Below are positions 51,692 through 64,000 of a stretch of DNA of 64,000 bases, one piece after another; positions within the stretch are counted from its first letter, which is position 1, and every line of letters begins with the position of its first letter. The notes under the pieces were generated by a model, which was not told the DNA's origin, did not search any database, and was given only the letters and a program-made list of their open reading frames with translations. Made by a program: the position numbers and the translations under genes. Source of the DNA: Octopus sinensis (lineage: Eukaryota); assembly GCF_006345805.1 (NCBI RefSeq), contig NC_043011.1, positions 24,378,464 through 24,442,463 on the forward strand, in the 5' to 3' direction.

Positions 51692-51903
51692 GGTTGGCAA
51701 GCTGGCAGAAATGTTAGCATGCTGGGTGAAATGCTTAGTGGTATTTCATCTGCTGTTATGTTCTGAGTTTAAATTCTGCTGTGGTCACTTTGCCTTTCAT
51801 CCTTTCGGGGTCAATAAATTAAGTACCAGTTATGCACTGGGGTCGATGTAATCGACTTAATCACTTTGCCTGTCCTTTTTTGTCCCCTCTATGTTTAGCC
51901 CCT
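51692..51903 (+). mobile_element. Nin/Deu-domain SINE
   Basis: GCCTTTCATCCTTTCGGGGTCAATAAATTAAGTACCAGTT...GGGGTCGATGTAATCGACTTA; tail TTGTCCCCTCTATGTTTAGCCCCT. Confidence 0.8.
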
Positions 51904-52325
51904 ATGAACTATGTGGTTGGGAAGCAAACATCTTACTGCACAGCTATGGTGCATTTTACTAAATACCTTGTTGTGGCACTTAAGGATGAATCACTGGACA
52001 CATCAAAACCCATTTCTATGTTGGTTTATGAACTTTTTGACAATTGTAAAACACTGCCTATATTTTCTGTGCAGTTAATTGTCTCATCATGATTTTTTCC
52101 CCATCTTTTATCTCATTAAGTGTGCTCATTCAAGCCTCAGTTACAGCAAATGTGGCCATCAAACCTTACTGATTTTACTAGCCTCATAAAAGGTGAAATA
52201 AATTTAATATTTTGGCCAGGAAACCCTGGGTAACTAATTGACTAGGCTTTTTTTTTTGTGATTTTTATTATAATATTGTTACTTTCTTAAATGATCAGGT
52301 GCTGTACTACTTGTTGAATTTCATA

Positions 52326-52358
<33 letters not shown>

Positions 52359-52364
52359 AATATG

Positions 52365-52395
<31 letters not shown>

Positions 52396-52707
52396 TTGAG
52401 TGTATGTGTAGGATGATGATGATGATGATATATATTAAACTTAAAACCTCACACACATATTCTTTCTCTCCATACCTCCTTCCTCATTTCTTCTTTTCCA
52501 TTCTTTCTCCTTTCTTTATACACACTTCTCCCCCTCCCTCTCTCTCTCTTTCTCATCTTACTTCTGTCTCACCTTGTCTCTCACTCTCCTATCCTTTTTC
52601 TCTTCACTTTCACCCTCATCTCTCTCTCTTTTTTTTTTCCTCTCTTAATAATTCCCCTTTAAATGTCACGATGTTGAATGGTGTAATTGAGATTCTGTAT
52701 TCTAAAG

Positions 52708-52779
52708 CAATGTCACCTTGATCACAATATTGATCACGAACTGTTGATCAACAAGATAAACTCCTCAGAACATTTAGAG
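52708..52779 (+). CDS. Candidate 72-bp symmetric exon (QCHLDHNIDHELLINKINSSEHLE)
   Basis: TTCTAAAG acceptor, GAG|GTAATG donor, open phase 0-0 frame; no recognised homology. Confidence 0.25.
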
Positions 52780-55700
52780 GTAATGCAATGTAATTTTTTT
52801 TTCTTTCAATATTTTGTTTGATATTTTTTTTACACAAGCTGAAAATATTATCAATTAGGACTTTTAGTGATCAGGTTGCCAACCTAATCAAAAAGGACTT
52901 GACAGGAATTATAATCAGTTATGAATAGTGTTTTGGGTGTAAAAAGAACATCTATCTTTTCTAATTTCTTCCAAGAACCATTATAATCATGTTAAGAATC
53001 TCACTTCTTTCCAGATGTACAAGATAAAAATTGTGTTTTCCAACCTCTTCTGTTTCATTGTTGAAGAAATAGAGTCAGGTGTAAGAGATACAGATTCGAC
53101 TTGAAGGTAGCTGAAATTTATTTAAACTGATAAACGTTCACTTGGACTGAGTTCTTGGAGTTTTTGTGGGGGATGTTTTTAGTGCTTAATCAGCAGATCG
53201 GGTAGAGTCTATGACCTTTTAAAGTGGGGGAGCCCAACCACCTGACTGCAAACCAGTATCAGGCATTTGGTTCCAGATTGCACAGAAAGATAAATTTTTA
53301 AATTTCATTTCTATTATGCTGACTATTGTAGTTGCTGAGTGGTTTTTGTATTATGTGTATTATAAATGTAATATGTAATGGTGCATGGCCAAGTGGTTAA
53401 GGTGTTGTCCTCACGATTGCTAGATCATAGGTTCGATTTCTGGGCTGGGCAGTATGTTGTGTTCCTGAGCAAAACACTTTATTTATGTTGCTTCAGTCCA
53501 CTCAGCTGTCAATGAGTTTACCCTGTGATGAAATACTTTTCTGATCAGTGGGAATTTTGGCCTTTTGGCCTGTTCACCTACCCAGTGGGGTAGCATCATT
53601 CAAAGGCTAAAACAATAGAAAGCACATTGTGACCAGCAACATATAACAACATTCGATAGTCAGTACCCTGATACCATGATATATGTTATATATTAATTAT
53701 ACATGTGATATATATGTATTATATATGTAATCTAAGTAAAATTGCTGTCTTCCACACATATAGGCTTGTCCTTTCAGGTGTTGGTGCCACTTAAAAAGCA
53801 TCCATACCAGTGTTGCATTAATGCACCCATGCCAGTGCTGCATTAATGCACCCATGCCAGTGCTGCATAAATGCACCTGTGCAGGTGGTACATAAAAAGC
53901 ACCCAGTACACTCTGTTAAGTGGTTGGCATTAGGAAGGGTATCCAGCCATAGAAACCATGCCACAACAGATAGCTGGAGTCTGGACAGCTCCCCGCTAGC
54001 CAGCTCCATGTCAACCTATTCAACCCATACCAGCATGGAGGGTGGATGTTAAACGATGATAATGATGTAATATTAAATTATATATTATGCACATGATACC
54101 TTGATCTGAAGAAATATTGTCTGGCATGAACTTCGTCCATGGTACAAAAAAAAAAATGGTTGGGGATCACTGCTTTAAAGGACATCTGAGGCTTGTAAAA
54201 GTGAGTGGGGTTATTCTCAAACCAAAGATTTGCTCTGAATGCCTGCAATAAAGTAGACTCTGCTAAAGGAGACCAACAACCAGATGTTAGAGGTAGATCA
54301 AGTGATGGATTAAATCTGCCACCAAAATAGGCCATATTGAGACCCAGAAAGCTGCAACAAATACAGGAAGATCAGTTAATTATGATTTTCTTTCAACATA
54401 TTCCCCTTTCAGTGTCACACTCTTATCGCAGCAGTCCTTCAGTTTTTCTAAGCCCTGTAAAAGAACTTGGAAGGTTGGGCCTCCAACCAGGCTTTTCATG
54501 ATACCCTTAAAATCAGGAACTTTTCAGCACCCCCTTGTTCCACAACACATTACATCTGATGTCCTAGTGATTCCACCAGTCTGTGGAATCACTAGAACAT
54601 CAGATGTCCCTTGTGTGTCCCTGCCAACTCTCCAAAGGAGGAAAAGAAAAGTTGGATCTCACTATCATCAAGGACCTCTCCTGACAAAGTCTTATCCTTA
54701 AACAGCTTGAACCACATCTCAATGACAAACTTTTCTCTTTAGAGCCAGAAGATATTTCAGGTCCCAACAATTATTGACACTCTAAAAAGCTTAGATGCAG
54801 CTTCCTCACTGGGGATATGCTGCTACTGCATTCACACTTCCTAGACTACATCCAGAAAAGAGACATCTGATAATTTGCATAAAGACAGCCATAGGTATAC
54901 TCCAGTCACTGGTCTAAAGGCATGCAGTCTTCTCTGTCTGCCTGCCTGTCTTCCTGGCTTGTCTTTCTCTCTCTCTCCCTATTTCTCTCTCTCTCTCTCT
55001 CTCTCTCCTAGCTCTATTACACTGTATAACAAGATCTTTGTCCTTGGGTAGCAAATGTTATTTCCTATTTGCTTACCTCAAGAAAGTGTGAAAAATGGCT
55101 AATATTTCCTTCAAACTTTGCTTTTGTTACATTTTCTATTCAAACCCCAAAGAATCCCTCCCAACACATGGCTATAATGCTTCCCCACTACTGCTCATGA
55201 TCAGAGATGCACATATTGTCAGCCACTAAGGGACATGCTCAAGTGGTTACGGTCAAGCAACTGACAAGCAAATCTGTGGTAGTGAGCAGAATATTTGCTA
55301 TAATGACATTTCCTTCTGCTTCAGCAACTCAGCACTGAATCTGTCTGAAATGTAATAGAAAATAGATCAGTTTCAAAACATTGATGTACAGGTTACAAAA
55401 GCAAAGTTTGAAGGGGATAGCATTCATTTCCTTTGATTTCTAGATAGAGGCAAATAAGAAATAACACTTACTGACCAAAGGTAAAAATAAAATAAAAAAT
55501 AAAATTTTGTTACAGTGTTATAAATGGTCTCTGCTTCTTGAAGTTGTCACCTCCACTAAGACATTTCTCTTTTTCTTTAATCATCTTTGTTGCATCCTAC
55601 CCCAGGTCTTGCATTAAACACTACACACAGTCTTCTCTTTCCATAATATTGAACCACCAGAATTATTTCCCTGCTCTTGTCTTCCTCTCTGTTGACATAT

Positions 55701-56099
55701 AAAAGTCCAAAAGGAACATTAACAATGTCAATCTCAGCATTCTTGGAGGGACTTTAAAGACAAGACAATGGGCACTTCTCCACCCACTGGACCGGGAAAG
55801 TTTAAAAAATAAACCAAAGTCATTGTGCTAGACAACAATATCTCTTCCATAACTCTAATTTAACAATGGTTTAAAGAACTGTAATCTACAGTGCAGGAAA
55901 TACAAATCTACTGTCTTTTTTTTTTTTTGGTTTTATATTGCAATTTGCAAACAATTATATTTTTGGTTATAAGTTTATAACAGGGCAATCACTGGTTCAG
56001 TGCATTTATGACAGGAAGACAGACAAGTAAATATCTGCAACCGTGTACAAAGGACTTCATTTGAAGAGCACTGGTTTTTCGCCAATGTTTATGTTTTGC

Positions 56100-56330
56100 A
56101 CCAGTATACACACACATGCATACATACATTTATACATACATCTACACATACATACATCTACGCATACATACATACACACATACATACATACATACATACA
56201 TACATACATACAAACATCCATCCGTCCATACATGCATGCATACATACATACATACATACACACACACATACATACATACATACATACATACATACATACA
56301 TACATACAACATACATACATACATAAAACA
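56100..56330. repeat. (CATA)n compound microsatellite
   Basis: Directly visible. Confidence 0.95.
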
Positions 56331-57177
56331 AAGCCATCAAATCTACACATACTGCATACATATGCTGACTTCAAATACGGCACACATACACACAAACTTG
56401 CACTAATACCTTAATGTTGTTTAAAATTCCTCTGAAGGAGCCCTGGATCAAGGTTAGAAGCCAGTTCTCTCTCCATTGGCAAGAAACCCAGAAATAAAAT
56501 TAAATAATAACATACATGCAAATATGCATACGTACACATGTAGCTTAGTGGTTAGGGTATTCAGTTCACAATTGTAAGATTGTGAGTTCAATTTCCAGCC
56601 ACATGTTGTATCCTTAAGCAAGACACTCTATTTCATAGTGTTCCAGTCCATTCAGCTGGTAAAAATCACTAGTTCCTGTATTTCAAAGGGCCAGCCTTGT
56701 CACACCCTGAGTCATGTTGAATCTCCTTGTCAACTGTGCTCAGAGTATGCATATCTGTGGAGTGCTCAGTCACTTGCATGTTAATTTCACGTGCAGCCTG
56801 TTCCATAGATTGGATCCACTGGAACACTCAGTCATAACTGACAGAGTGCTAGTGCACACATATACACATACATACACACACACACACACACACATATGAC
56901 TACATACTTATATAAATACTTTTATATATAAATGCATAGATTCATACATACATACATACATATATATATATTTAAGTAGGTGAATGAATTATCCTAGTAT
57001 GGATAATTCGGTTAACCGATACCCGGGTAGCAAATTCACGTCAGAAAACACGGTTGAAGCTACATGCCAAGGGCAGAAATCCCGTGTTCTCGTGTGGAAA
57101 TTTGTGCGTTTTTTTTTAACTATAAGTAAATGAAGAATGGAGTTGAACGACGATTTTAACAAAATTCCTTTACTCTC

Positions 57178-57267
<90 letters not shown>

Positions 57268-57428
57268 CATATATATATATAAGTGGGATGACCACTAAGT
57301 GGACATCCATTATGCTAGGTGTAGACCCCCATATGGTCTGACCACTAAGAAAATATTGTTCTCCAGAAAATTCAGCAAACACCAGAACATGAGCAAGACA
57401 AATGAAAAGATATAAAATATAAAGATTA

Positions 57429-57499
57429 ATCACAAACCCGGTTTCATTGTTACCACTTATGTAATATTTATGCAAATGTCCGCAATTCATCAGTGTGAT
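57429..57499 (-). ncRNA. Type I hammerhead motif
   Basis: Minus strand: ATCACA-CTGATGA-ATTG...CAAT-GAAA-CCGGG-TT-TGTGAT; perfect 6-bp stem I, 4-bp stem II base. Confidence 0.75.
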
Positions 57500-57825
57500 C
57501 GTCATAGCAAAATACAATTTGCAATGCAAAATTGCAAAGCATCCATGCCAGTGCTGCATTAACACGACCCATACCAGTGCTTCATAAAAGCAGCCGTGAC
57601 GGCGGCATGTAAAAAGCACCCAGCATGCAGTTAAGTGGTTGGCATTAGGAAGGGCATCCAGCCATAGAAACCATGCCACAACAATTAGAGTGTTGACAAC
57701 TCCCTGCTAGCCAGGTCCATGTCAAACCATCCAACCCTTGCCAGCATGGGAAGTGGATGTTAAACAATGATGATGATGATGTGTGTGTGTATATGATGAT
57801 GATGTATATGTAAAATATATATATA

Positions 57826-58245
57826 TACTCTTTACTCTTTTACTTGTTTCAGTCAGTTGACTGCAGCCATGCTGGAGCACCGCCTTTAGTCGAGCAACTC
57901 GACCCCGGGACTTATTCTTTGTAAGCCCAGTACTTATTCTATCGGTCTCTTTTGCTGAACCGCTAGGTGACGGGGACATAAACACACCAGCATCGGTTGT
58001 CAAGCAATGCTAGGGGGACAAACACAGACACACAAACATACACGCACACACACACATATATATATATATATATACATATATACGACGGGCTTCTTTCAGT
58101 TTCCGTCTACCAAATCCACTCACAAGGCTTTGGTCGGCCCGAGGCTATAGTAGAAGACACTTGCCCAAGGTGCCACGCAGTGGGACTGAACCCAGAACCA
58201 TGTGGTTGGTAAGCAAGCTACTTACCACACAGCCACTCCTGCGCC
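57826..58245 (-). mobile_element. Full-length young major tRNA/CORE SINE
   Basis: Complete head (GGCGCAGGAGTGGCTGTGTGGTAAG...GGGTTCAGTCCC) to (AAAGAGT)n tail; CpGs intact. Confidence 0.92.
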
Positions 58246-58530
58246 TATATACATATATATATGTATATATATACATATATACATATACACATACAAAACG
58301 GAAAGTTTTGTATGTGGAACAGTCATTTTAACAAGTTGTTTTTATTTATTTATCCCCCAATGAGATATATCTGCACCACCAGATGCTCCTGAACCAGTTG
58401 TTGAGTGTCCCACCCAAGGGGAATTGATGCTAGATGTGTTGAAATAATTGTCATGATTAGTAATAAATTCTCGTATATTCCATCTTCTGTCTTTCATTTG
58501 TTATATATGGATATATGTACACTATATCTA

Positions 58531-58603
<73 letters not shown>

Positions 58604-58612
58604 CTCTCTCTC

Positions 58613-58684
<72 letters not shown>

Positions 58685-60059
58685 TAGATAGAGAGAGAGA
58701 GTACATATTTATACACACACATGCATACACATATATACTGCAAAGTTTAAATTGAAATTTCATTTTCAATGGTGATGGTCATTTTGGAGCTATGGTAGAA
58801 AACTTATGACCAAGGTTTTCAGGCACTAGAATCAATTTCCAATTTCAAATCAACTTAGTTGTGAGTTCAAATTCTTAACTATGCAACTATTTCTGTGATC
58901 ATTCTCATCAAAATTCTGTTGACCTGAAAGTTGATATTTCAGTATTCTTTCAATCATTTGACTTTTGATATCTTTGATCCAATCTTCTTGATTTACTGGA
59001 CGATGTGACAGAAACCATTGCTGCCAGTTGCAGTTGTGGGAACAATAAAGCAAGAAGGGACCATTTTGTGATGCAACAGTTATCAAAGTTGTAGATCAAA
59101 TGAAATAAACTGGTTAAATAAATGTCTGCTCACAAAACTAGATCAATATATCTTAGCATAACATTTAGGTAAATAAAGCCAGGAAGCACTGCCTCTTCTA
59201 CAAGTTAATATCTTTTGGTAGACATCCAAATTTAGTTTTCTTATAATGGGCCTTCATCTCCATTTTATTGACTATCGGTGTTTTTGTATATCAGCTTCAC
59301 AGAATGAAAGCTCGACGGGAGATTTTTCGGATCTTAGTTCAAGTATTATCAGAGTTGATTGAGATTTTCAGCCTTCTAGGGTTGATAAAGATACTAATAT
59401 AGCATTTATTTTATCAAATTTGAAAGAAGATAGAAGTAATGAGAAAAACTGTTAAATCTGTAAACCATAATATTTACAATATTCAACCTGATACTGATGC
59501 TTCATGATTAAATAAATCTGTTTGCTGTCGTTGTTTAGCCCCCAAGTTAGTCTTAATTGAACAGACCTATAATCAAAGATAGTCTATGCATGATTATCTT
59601 GTCCTTTTTTAATCATATATTATCCAATGAATCCTCCTTTTTGAAGATGGTTAGCTGTAATTTATGAGAGACTTGGCTGCTATTTCTAGCAGATCAAGTC
59701 ATCATGTAGAGACTCCAGCCGTATGGTGACTATCCAGTTAAAAAGCTACAACATGTTAAAACACCCTGTTAAAAGCTCATATATTACAGTTATATAAAGA
59801 ACGATCATCCTTGACATTGAGTAACAGTCGAATACAAGAGTAAGGTTTCTTTTGTGTTATGACTGGTGCTAAAGCTATAAGAATACAATTTTTTTTGCAA
59901 AAACAGATTTTAAAAAAATCTTAATTGTGTAGCATTCTTTATGACATAGCCATTTTTACATTAAAAAAAATTCTTGCAAAATAAAAGAACAAAAATTTTA
60001 AATTCAAAATTTGAATAATTTAGAAAATAAAGAATATTTCCCCGAAAAGAAATCCTTAT

Positions 60060-60560
60060 AATGATGGCAATCTCCAATAGGGCTATTGTGTCAGCTAATG
60101 ACTATGATCATTAATGCAATCATTCCATTAAACTGCATTTGTTAATGCAGTAACTGAACAAATAATAATTTTATTCATTAATGCTGTTATTTCAAAAGCC
60201 ACTGACTTCACTAATCACTGCCGTTATGTAGAGAGGCTAATGACAACAGCCCAGCCGGCATTCATTAATACTGTTGTTTCCAAATCTGATCATTCCATTT
60301 ATAAAGCTTCTACATGTTAATGAATGCTTTAGAATCTACCTGTGTTTGGTGACAAGAAGCTTTTGGCTAATACAGATGCATAGTTTAAAGATATCTCTGA
60401 TATTGAGTGCAATTTTTAAGCTAACAAAATTAATTTAAATTAACAGTGACCGGAAGATTGGTAATTAAAATGGCAGCTGCTAACTTCTTTCCACTGAGCA
60501 GAGTGGCATACACTTTGATAAGAGAAGTCAGTCCCGCCCCCACCGAAACATAACGAACAG
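60060..60560. promoter_or_regulatory. Candidate enhancer/promoter: dense TAAT/ATTA sites plus ETS, CCAAT, YY1-like and GC-box motifs
   Basis: TCATTAAT x3, GCTAATGAC x2, CCGGAAG (60450), ATTGG (60457), AAAATGGC (60467), CCCGCCCC (60533) in repeat-free sequence. Confidence 0.35.
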
Positions 60561-61308
60561 GTTAATCTTTCGCAGGCAGCACACCTCATTGAGAAGACAA
60601 ATAGAATTACGTGTCCCTTTTGTGAGTGCTAGAACATTAAAATTATGAATACAAATTAGAAATTCTGTTTCAACGTTTAATATAAGAAAACATTCAAGGC
60701 AATCTCTGGGCAGAATTTTCCCAGCATGAATACTTGATGTTAAAATTGGCAACTGTTGCCAATCAAATAAGATTACAACCTTATCAGTAACATGCAGAAT
60801 ACTCAGCAGGGTTTCATACTGCATACCATTAGAGTCAACACATACATTTGTCAATTCTCTAATTACTTTGGTACCCTTGATATAAAGCTAAGCATATGAC
60901 CTCTCTCAAGTCTTTTAAGTTGTTCAATGTCTCTAAGATAAAACACTTTGAATAGATTCTAAGCCATTTCAAATAATATCAGCACATGGATGGGTAATCA
61001 CTGCCACAAATTAAAGACTAAATATTCAGGATATTATGGCATTTCCTGTCCAACAAACAGCAAATTCTTTATTGAAACCACCCATACCCATCACTCAAGA
61101 AGTGAAATACCATTATTTTTTTTAGGTACGGCTATGTGGTGCTGTGTGGTAAGAAGTTTGCTTCTCAACCACATGGATTTGAGTTCAATCCCACAGCATA
61201 GTATCATGGGCATGTGCTTTCTATTAGAGCCTTGTGCCAACTAAAGCCTTTGTGAGTGGATTTGGCAGATGGAAACTGAAAGAAGCTTGTTGTATATATA
61301 TATATATG

Positions 61309-61339
<31 letters not shown>

Positions 61340-61424
61340 GTGTGTATATATACACACATACATACATACATACATATATATATATATATATGTATGTATG
61401 TGTGCATATATATATGTATATATA

Positions 61425-61463
<39 letters not shown>

Positions 61464-61782
61464 ATAAGGATAAAATCATTCATGATTTAATCAGGAGGTC
61501 AACACGAAAATAAAAACCTTATAGGTAAATTTTCCAAATATTATATTAATAATTATATACATCATTATAACAAAAGATTGGCAAAAACGCCTCTCCGTGC
61601 ACTGAAAGTAGACACCAAATGGCAGTAAAACATATTGTAGCCAAGCAAAAGAAAGATAATACATTAAACTTTAGGTTAAATGCATATAAGAGTTTTTTTG
61701 GTGGTTTTAGTGCAATTTGGCATCTGTTTTCAGCATGTGGAGAGGTGTTTTTGCCAATCCCTGGTTATAATTATGTATATAA

Positions 61783-62470
61783 TCTATAATAATAAATGGC
61801 AAGTTTGTGTGCTTGTGAATTTGTTACTTTAACTCCTCCAAGACTATCCAACAGACATTGATGAAACTTGACATGTGTATGGGGCTTATGCCCATGAGGT
61901 CACTTATGCACTTGGAATTTTTAAAATATCAATTTTTAATCAGCATTGATTTTTCAAAAATCGTAAAATTTCGGCATTGTTTGCACTAGCCATCATGACA
62001 TCAATTTGACAAAAAATTTCATGAAAAATGTTTCATGGGTATAAACAGACAGCTTATTACTGGTAATCTATTTAGCATTTGCTAATTTTTCATTTCAATG
62101 CGAATTGTTTTGATTTGCTAGAACTTATTATTCCAATTCGTTGTTTTAATTCCTTAGTGTTTCAGGTTTTGATTAGGTAAGACCATTTTATTTCTCAAGC
62201 AAAATTTAGGCACTTTGCGCACCAGCCGTCATGACATCAATTTGACGAAATCCGTCGCAAAGCCTAAAATTTCGCCATTTTGGCAACATGCACAAAAATG
62301 ATGACAACACAGGTTCACTACCAGACTTTGCTCAGTTTTTCGTCAAATTGGTCCTACCCATTAATATAGATTTTAAATTCTTGAAAAATGTAGAAATTTG
62401 ATGAAAAATGTTTCATGGCTATAAACAAACATCTTATTAATGGTAATTTTTTACTGGGTACCTCAGCTAG
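61783..62470 (+). mobile_element. Non-autonomous Helitron with internal duplication
   Basis: 5' A|TCTATAATAATAAATGGCAAGTTTGTG, GATGAAACTTGAC block shared with 32193, duplicated ATGAAAAATGTTTCATGG.TATAAAC, 3' CTAG|T. Confidence 0.7.
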
Positions 62471-62596
62471 TTATTAATATAATATACATATATATATATA
62501 TATAATTTTTTTATCATATTGAACTGTTAATCCTTAAACATTTTTTCTCTCTCTGTTTTTTTTTTGCATTCTCTCTCCATTTTATTATTCTCAACC

Positions 62597-62632
62597 CTTT
62601 CTGTTGAAGAGCATAGGATCGAAATGGCAAAA
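62597..62632 (+). ncRNA. Decayed minimal hammerhead-like motif
   Basis: CTTT-CTGTTGA-A GAGC ATAG GATC-GAAA-TGGC-AAAA; core and cleavage site mutated. Confidence 0.35.
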
Positions 62633-63849
62633 ACTTTTCCATTCTTCCCAAGCATCAAACTTTTGTTTTCTGTAAATTTGAACTATATGTGTGATCATTG
62701 CCCCATTCAAGCATAGTTGTTGCCAGTACTGCTTGACTGGTTCCTGTGCTGGTGGCATGTAAAAAGCACCATTTGAGCATGATCAATGCCAGTGCCGCCT
62801 GACTGGCCCCCATGACAGTGGCATGTAAAAAGCGCCAACTACACTCTTGGAGTGGTTGGTGTTAGCAAGGGCATTCAGCTGTAGAAACCTTGCCAGATCA
62901 GATTGAAGCCTGGTGTAGCCTCCTGGCTTGCCAGTCCTCAGTCAAAACATCCAACCTAGGCCAGCTTGGAAAGTAGATGTTAAACAATGATAATGATGAT
63001 GATGATGATGATGATGATATATATATATATACATACACACACACATATATCATGCAGGTGTGGCTGTATGGTAAGAAGCTTGCTTCCCAACCACATGGTT
63101 CCAGGTTCAGTTCCACTGCTTAGCATCTTGAGCAAGTGTCTTCTACTATAGCCTTGTGAGTGGATTTGGTAGATGGAAACTGAAAGAAGCCCGTCATATC
63201 TTTCTATGCCCTTCAGTTTGTCACCCACAGGCCCCCACAAAACAAACATAATGCTTACAACAAACCCAAAAGTGGTGTCACCCCGATAAAGGTGCTGCCT
63301 AGGTCAGACGCCCTTCCACCCACCTCTAGCTACGCTAATGCTCTTATATCAACATATCAACCAACTGATTTCTTACTCTTATTCCTAATCATTAATTAGA
63401 CTGAAGTTCTTCATTAAGTCCAGCATTTGCTATTCTCACTTCTCTGTATCAAGCTATTATGTTTATGTCATTAAGTGACGCTAAAACACTTAATGTAATG
63501 AGAACAGTGCATTGTAAGTAAATTAAAATTACGCTCATAATGAACAGACATTGGAATGATTGAGAATTTGCTTTTCAGCCGCATGGTTTGGGGCTCATTC
63601 CTATTGTGCACATACACAAGCCCACGTGTGCGTGTGTGCATACATGCACACACAATACACACATGTTATAACACATGCACACACACACATACATGCACAG
63701 ACACACAGACACATACACACACACAGACACACACACACACACACATTATAACTGAAAAACTCTGATTTCCAAACATTGGTTTTGAAATGTTTAATTCATA
63801 GGTTTTGATATGTATGGGTGTGTGACTACGTGTGCATATGAGTATATAT

Positions 63850-63852
63850 GCA

Positions 63853-63889
<37 letters not shown>

Positions 63890-63903
63890 TGTGTGTGTGT
63901 ATA

Positions 63904-63980
<77 letters not shown>
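63850..63980. repeat. (TA)n/(TG)n microsatellite
   Basis: Directly visible. Confidence 0.95.
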
Positions 63981-63983
<3 letters not shown>

Positions 63984-64000
63984 GAATAAAATTATAGATA

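Noticed and set aside
53802-53876. Three 25-bp direct repeats resembling a CRISPR array
   Set aside because: No spacers (units are head-to-tail), eukaryotic context, and they lie inside a common retroposon tail.

Overview
AT-rich, microsatellite-saturated eukaryotic DNA, most likely intronic or intergenic sequence from an Octopus-type cephalopod. That assignment is an inference from the SINE families, the (TA)n/(CATA)n density and CpG depletion. No host gene is confidently identifiable; there are only three weak candidate exons. Most ORFs in the supplied track are microsatellite artefacts. Real coding content is decayed transposon sequence: a 5'-truncated Penelope-like element (RT + GIY-YIG), Tc1 and mariner remnants, RTE, L2-like and L1/Tx1 LINE ends, and a Gypsy integrase with its 3' LTR. 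These sit among many tRNA-derived SINEs, non-autonomous Helitrons/HINEs and MITE-like foldbacks. Two signals stand out. (1) About ten type-I hammerhead ribozyme motifs of Penelope-pLTR style, several centred in short inverted-repeat modules bounded by (TA)n, including three such modules in a row at 15.4-16.9 kb. (2) Two full-length copies of a ~210-bp non-tRNA retroposon with the same 5' end, TSDs, an (AAC)n tail and an HDV-like ribozyme fold candidate. All structures were derived by eye, and no searches or folding programs were run.
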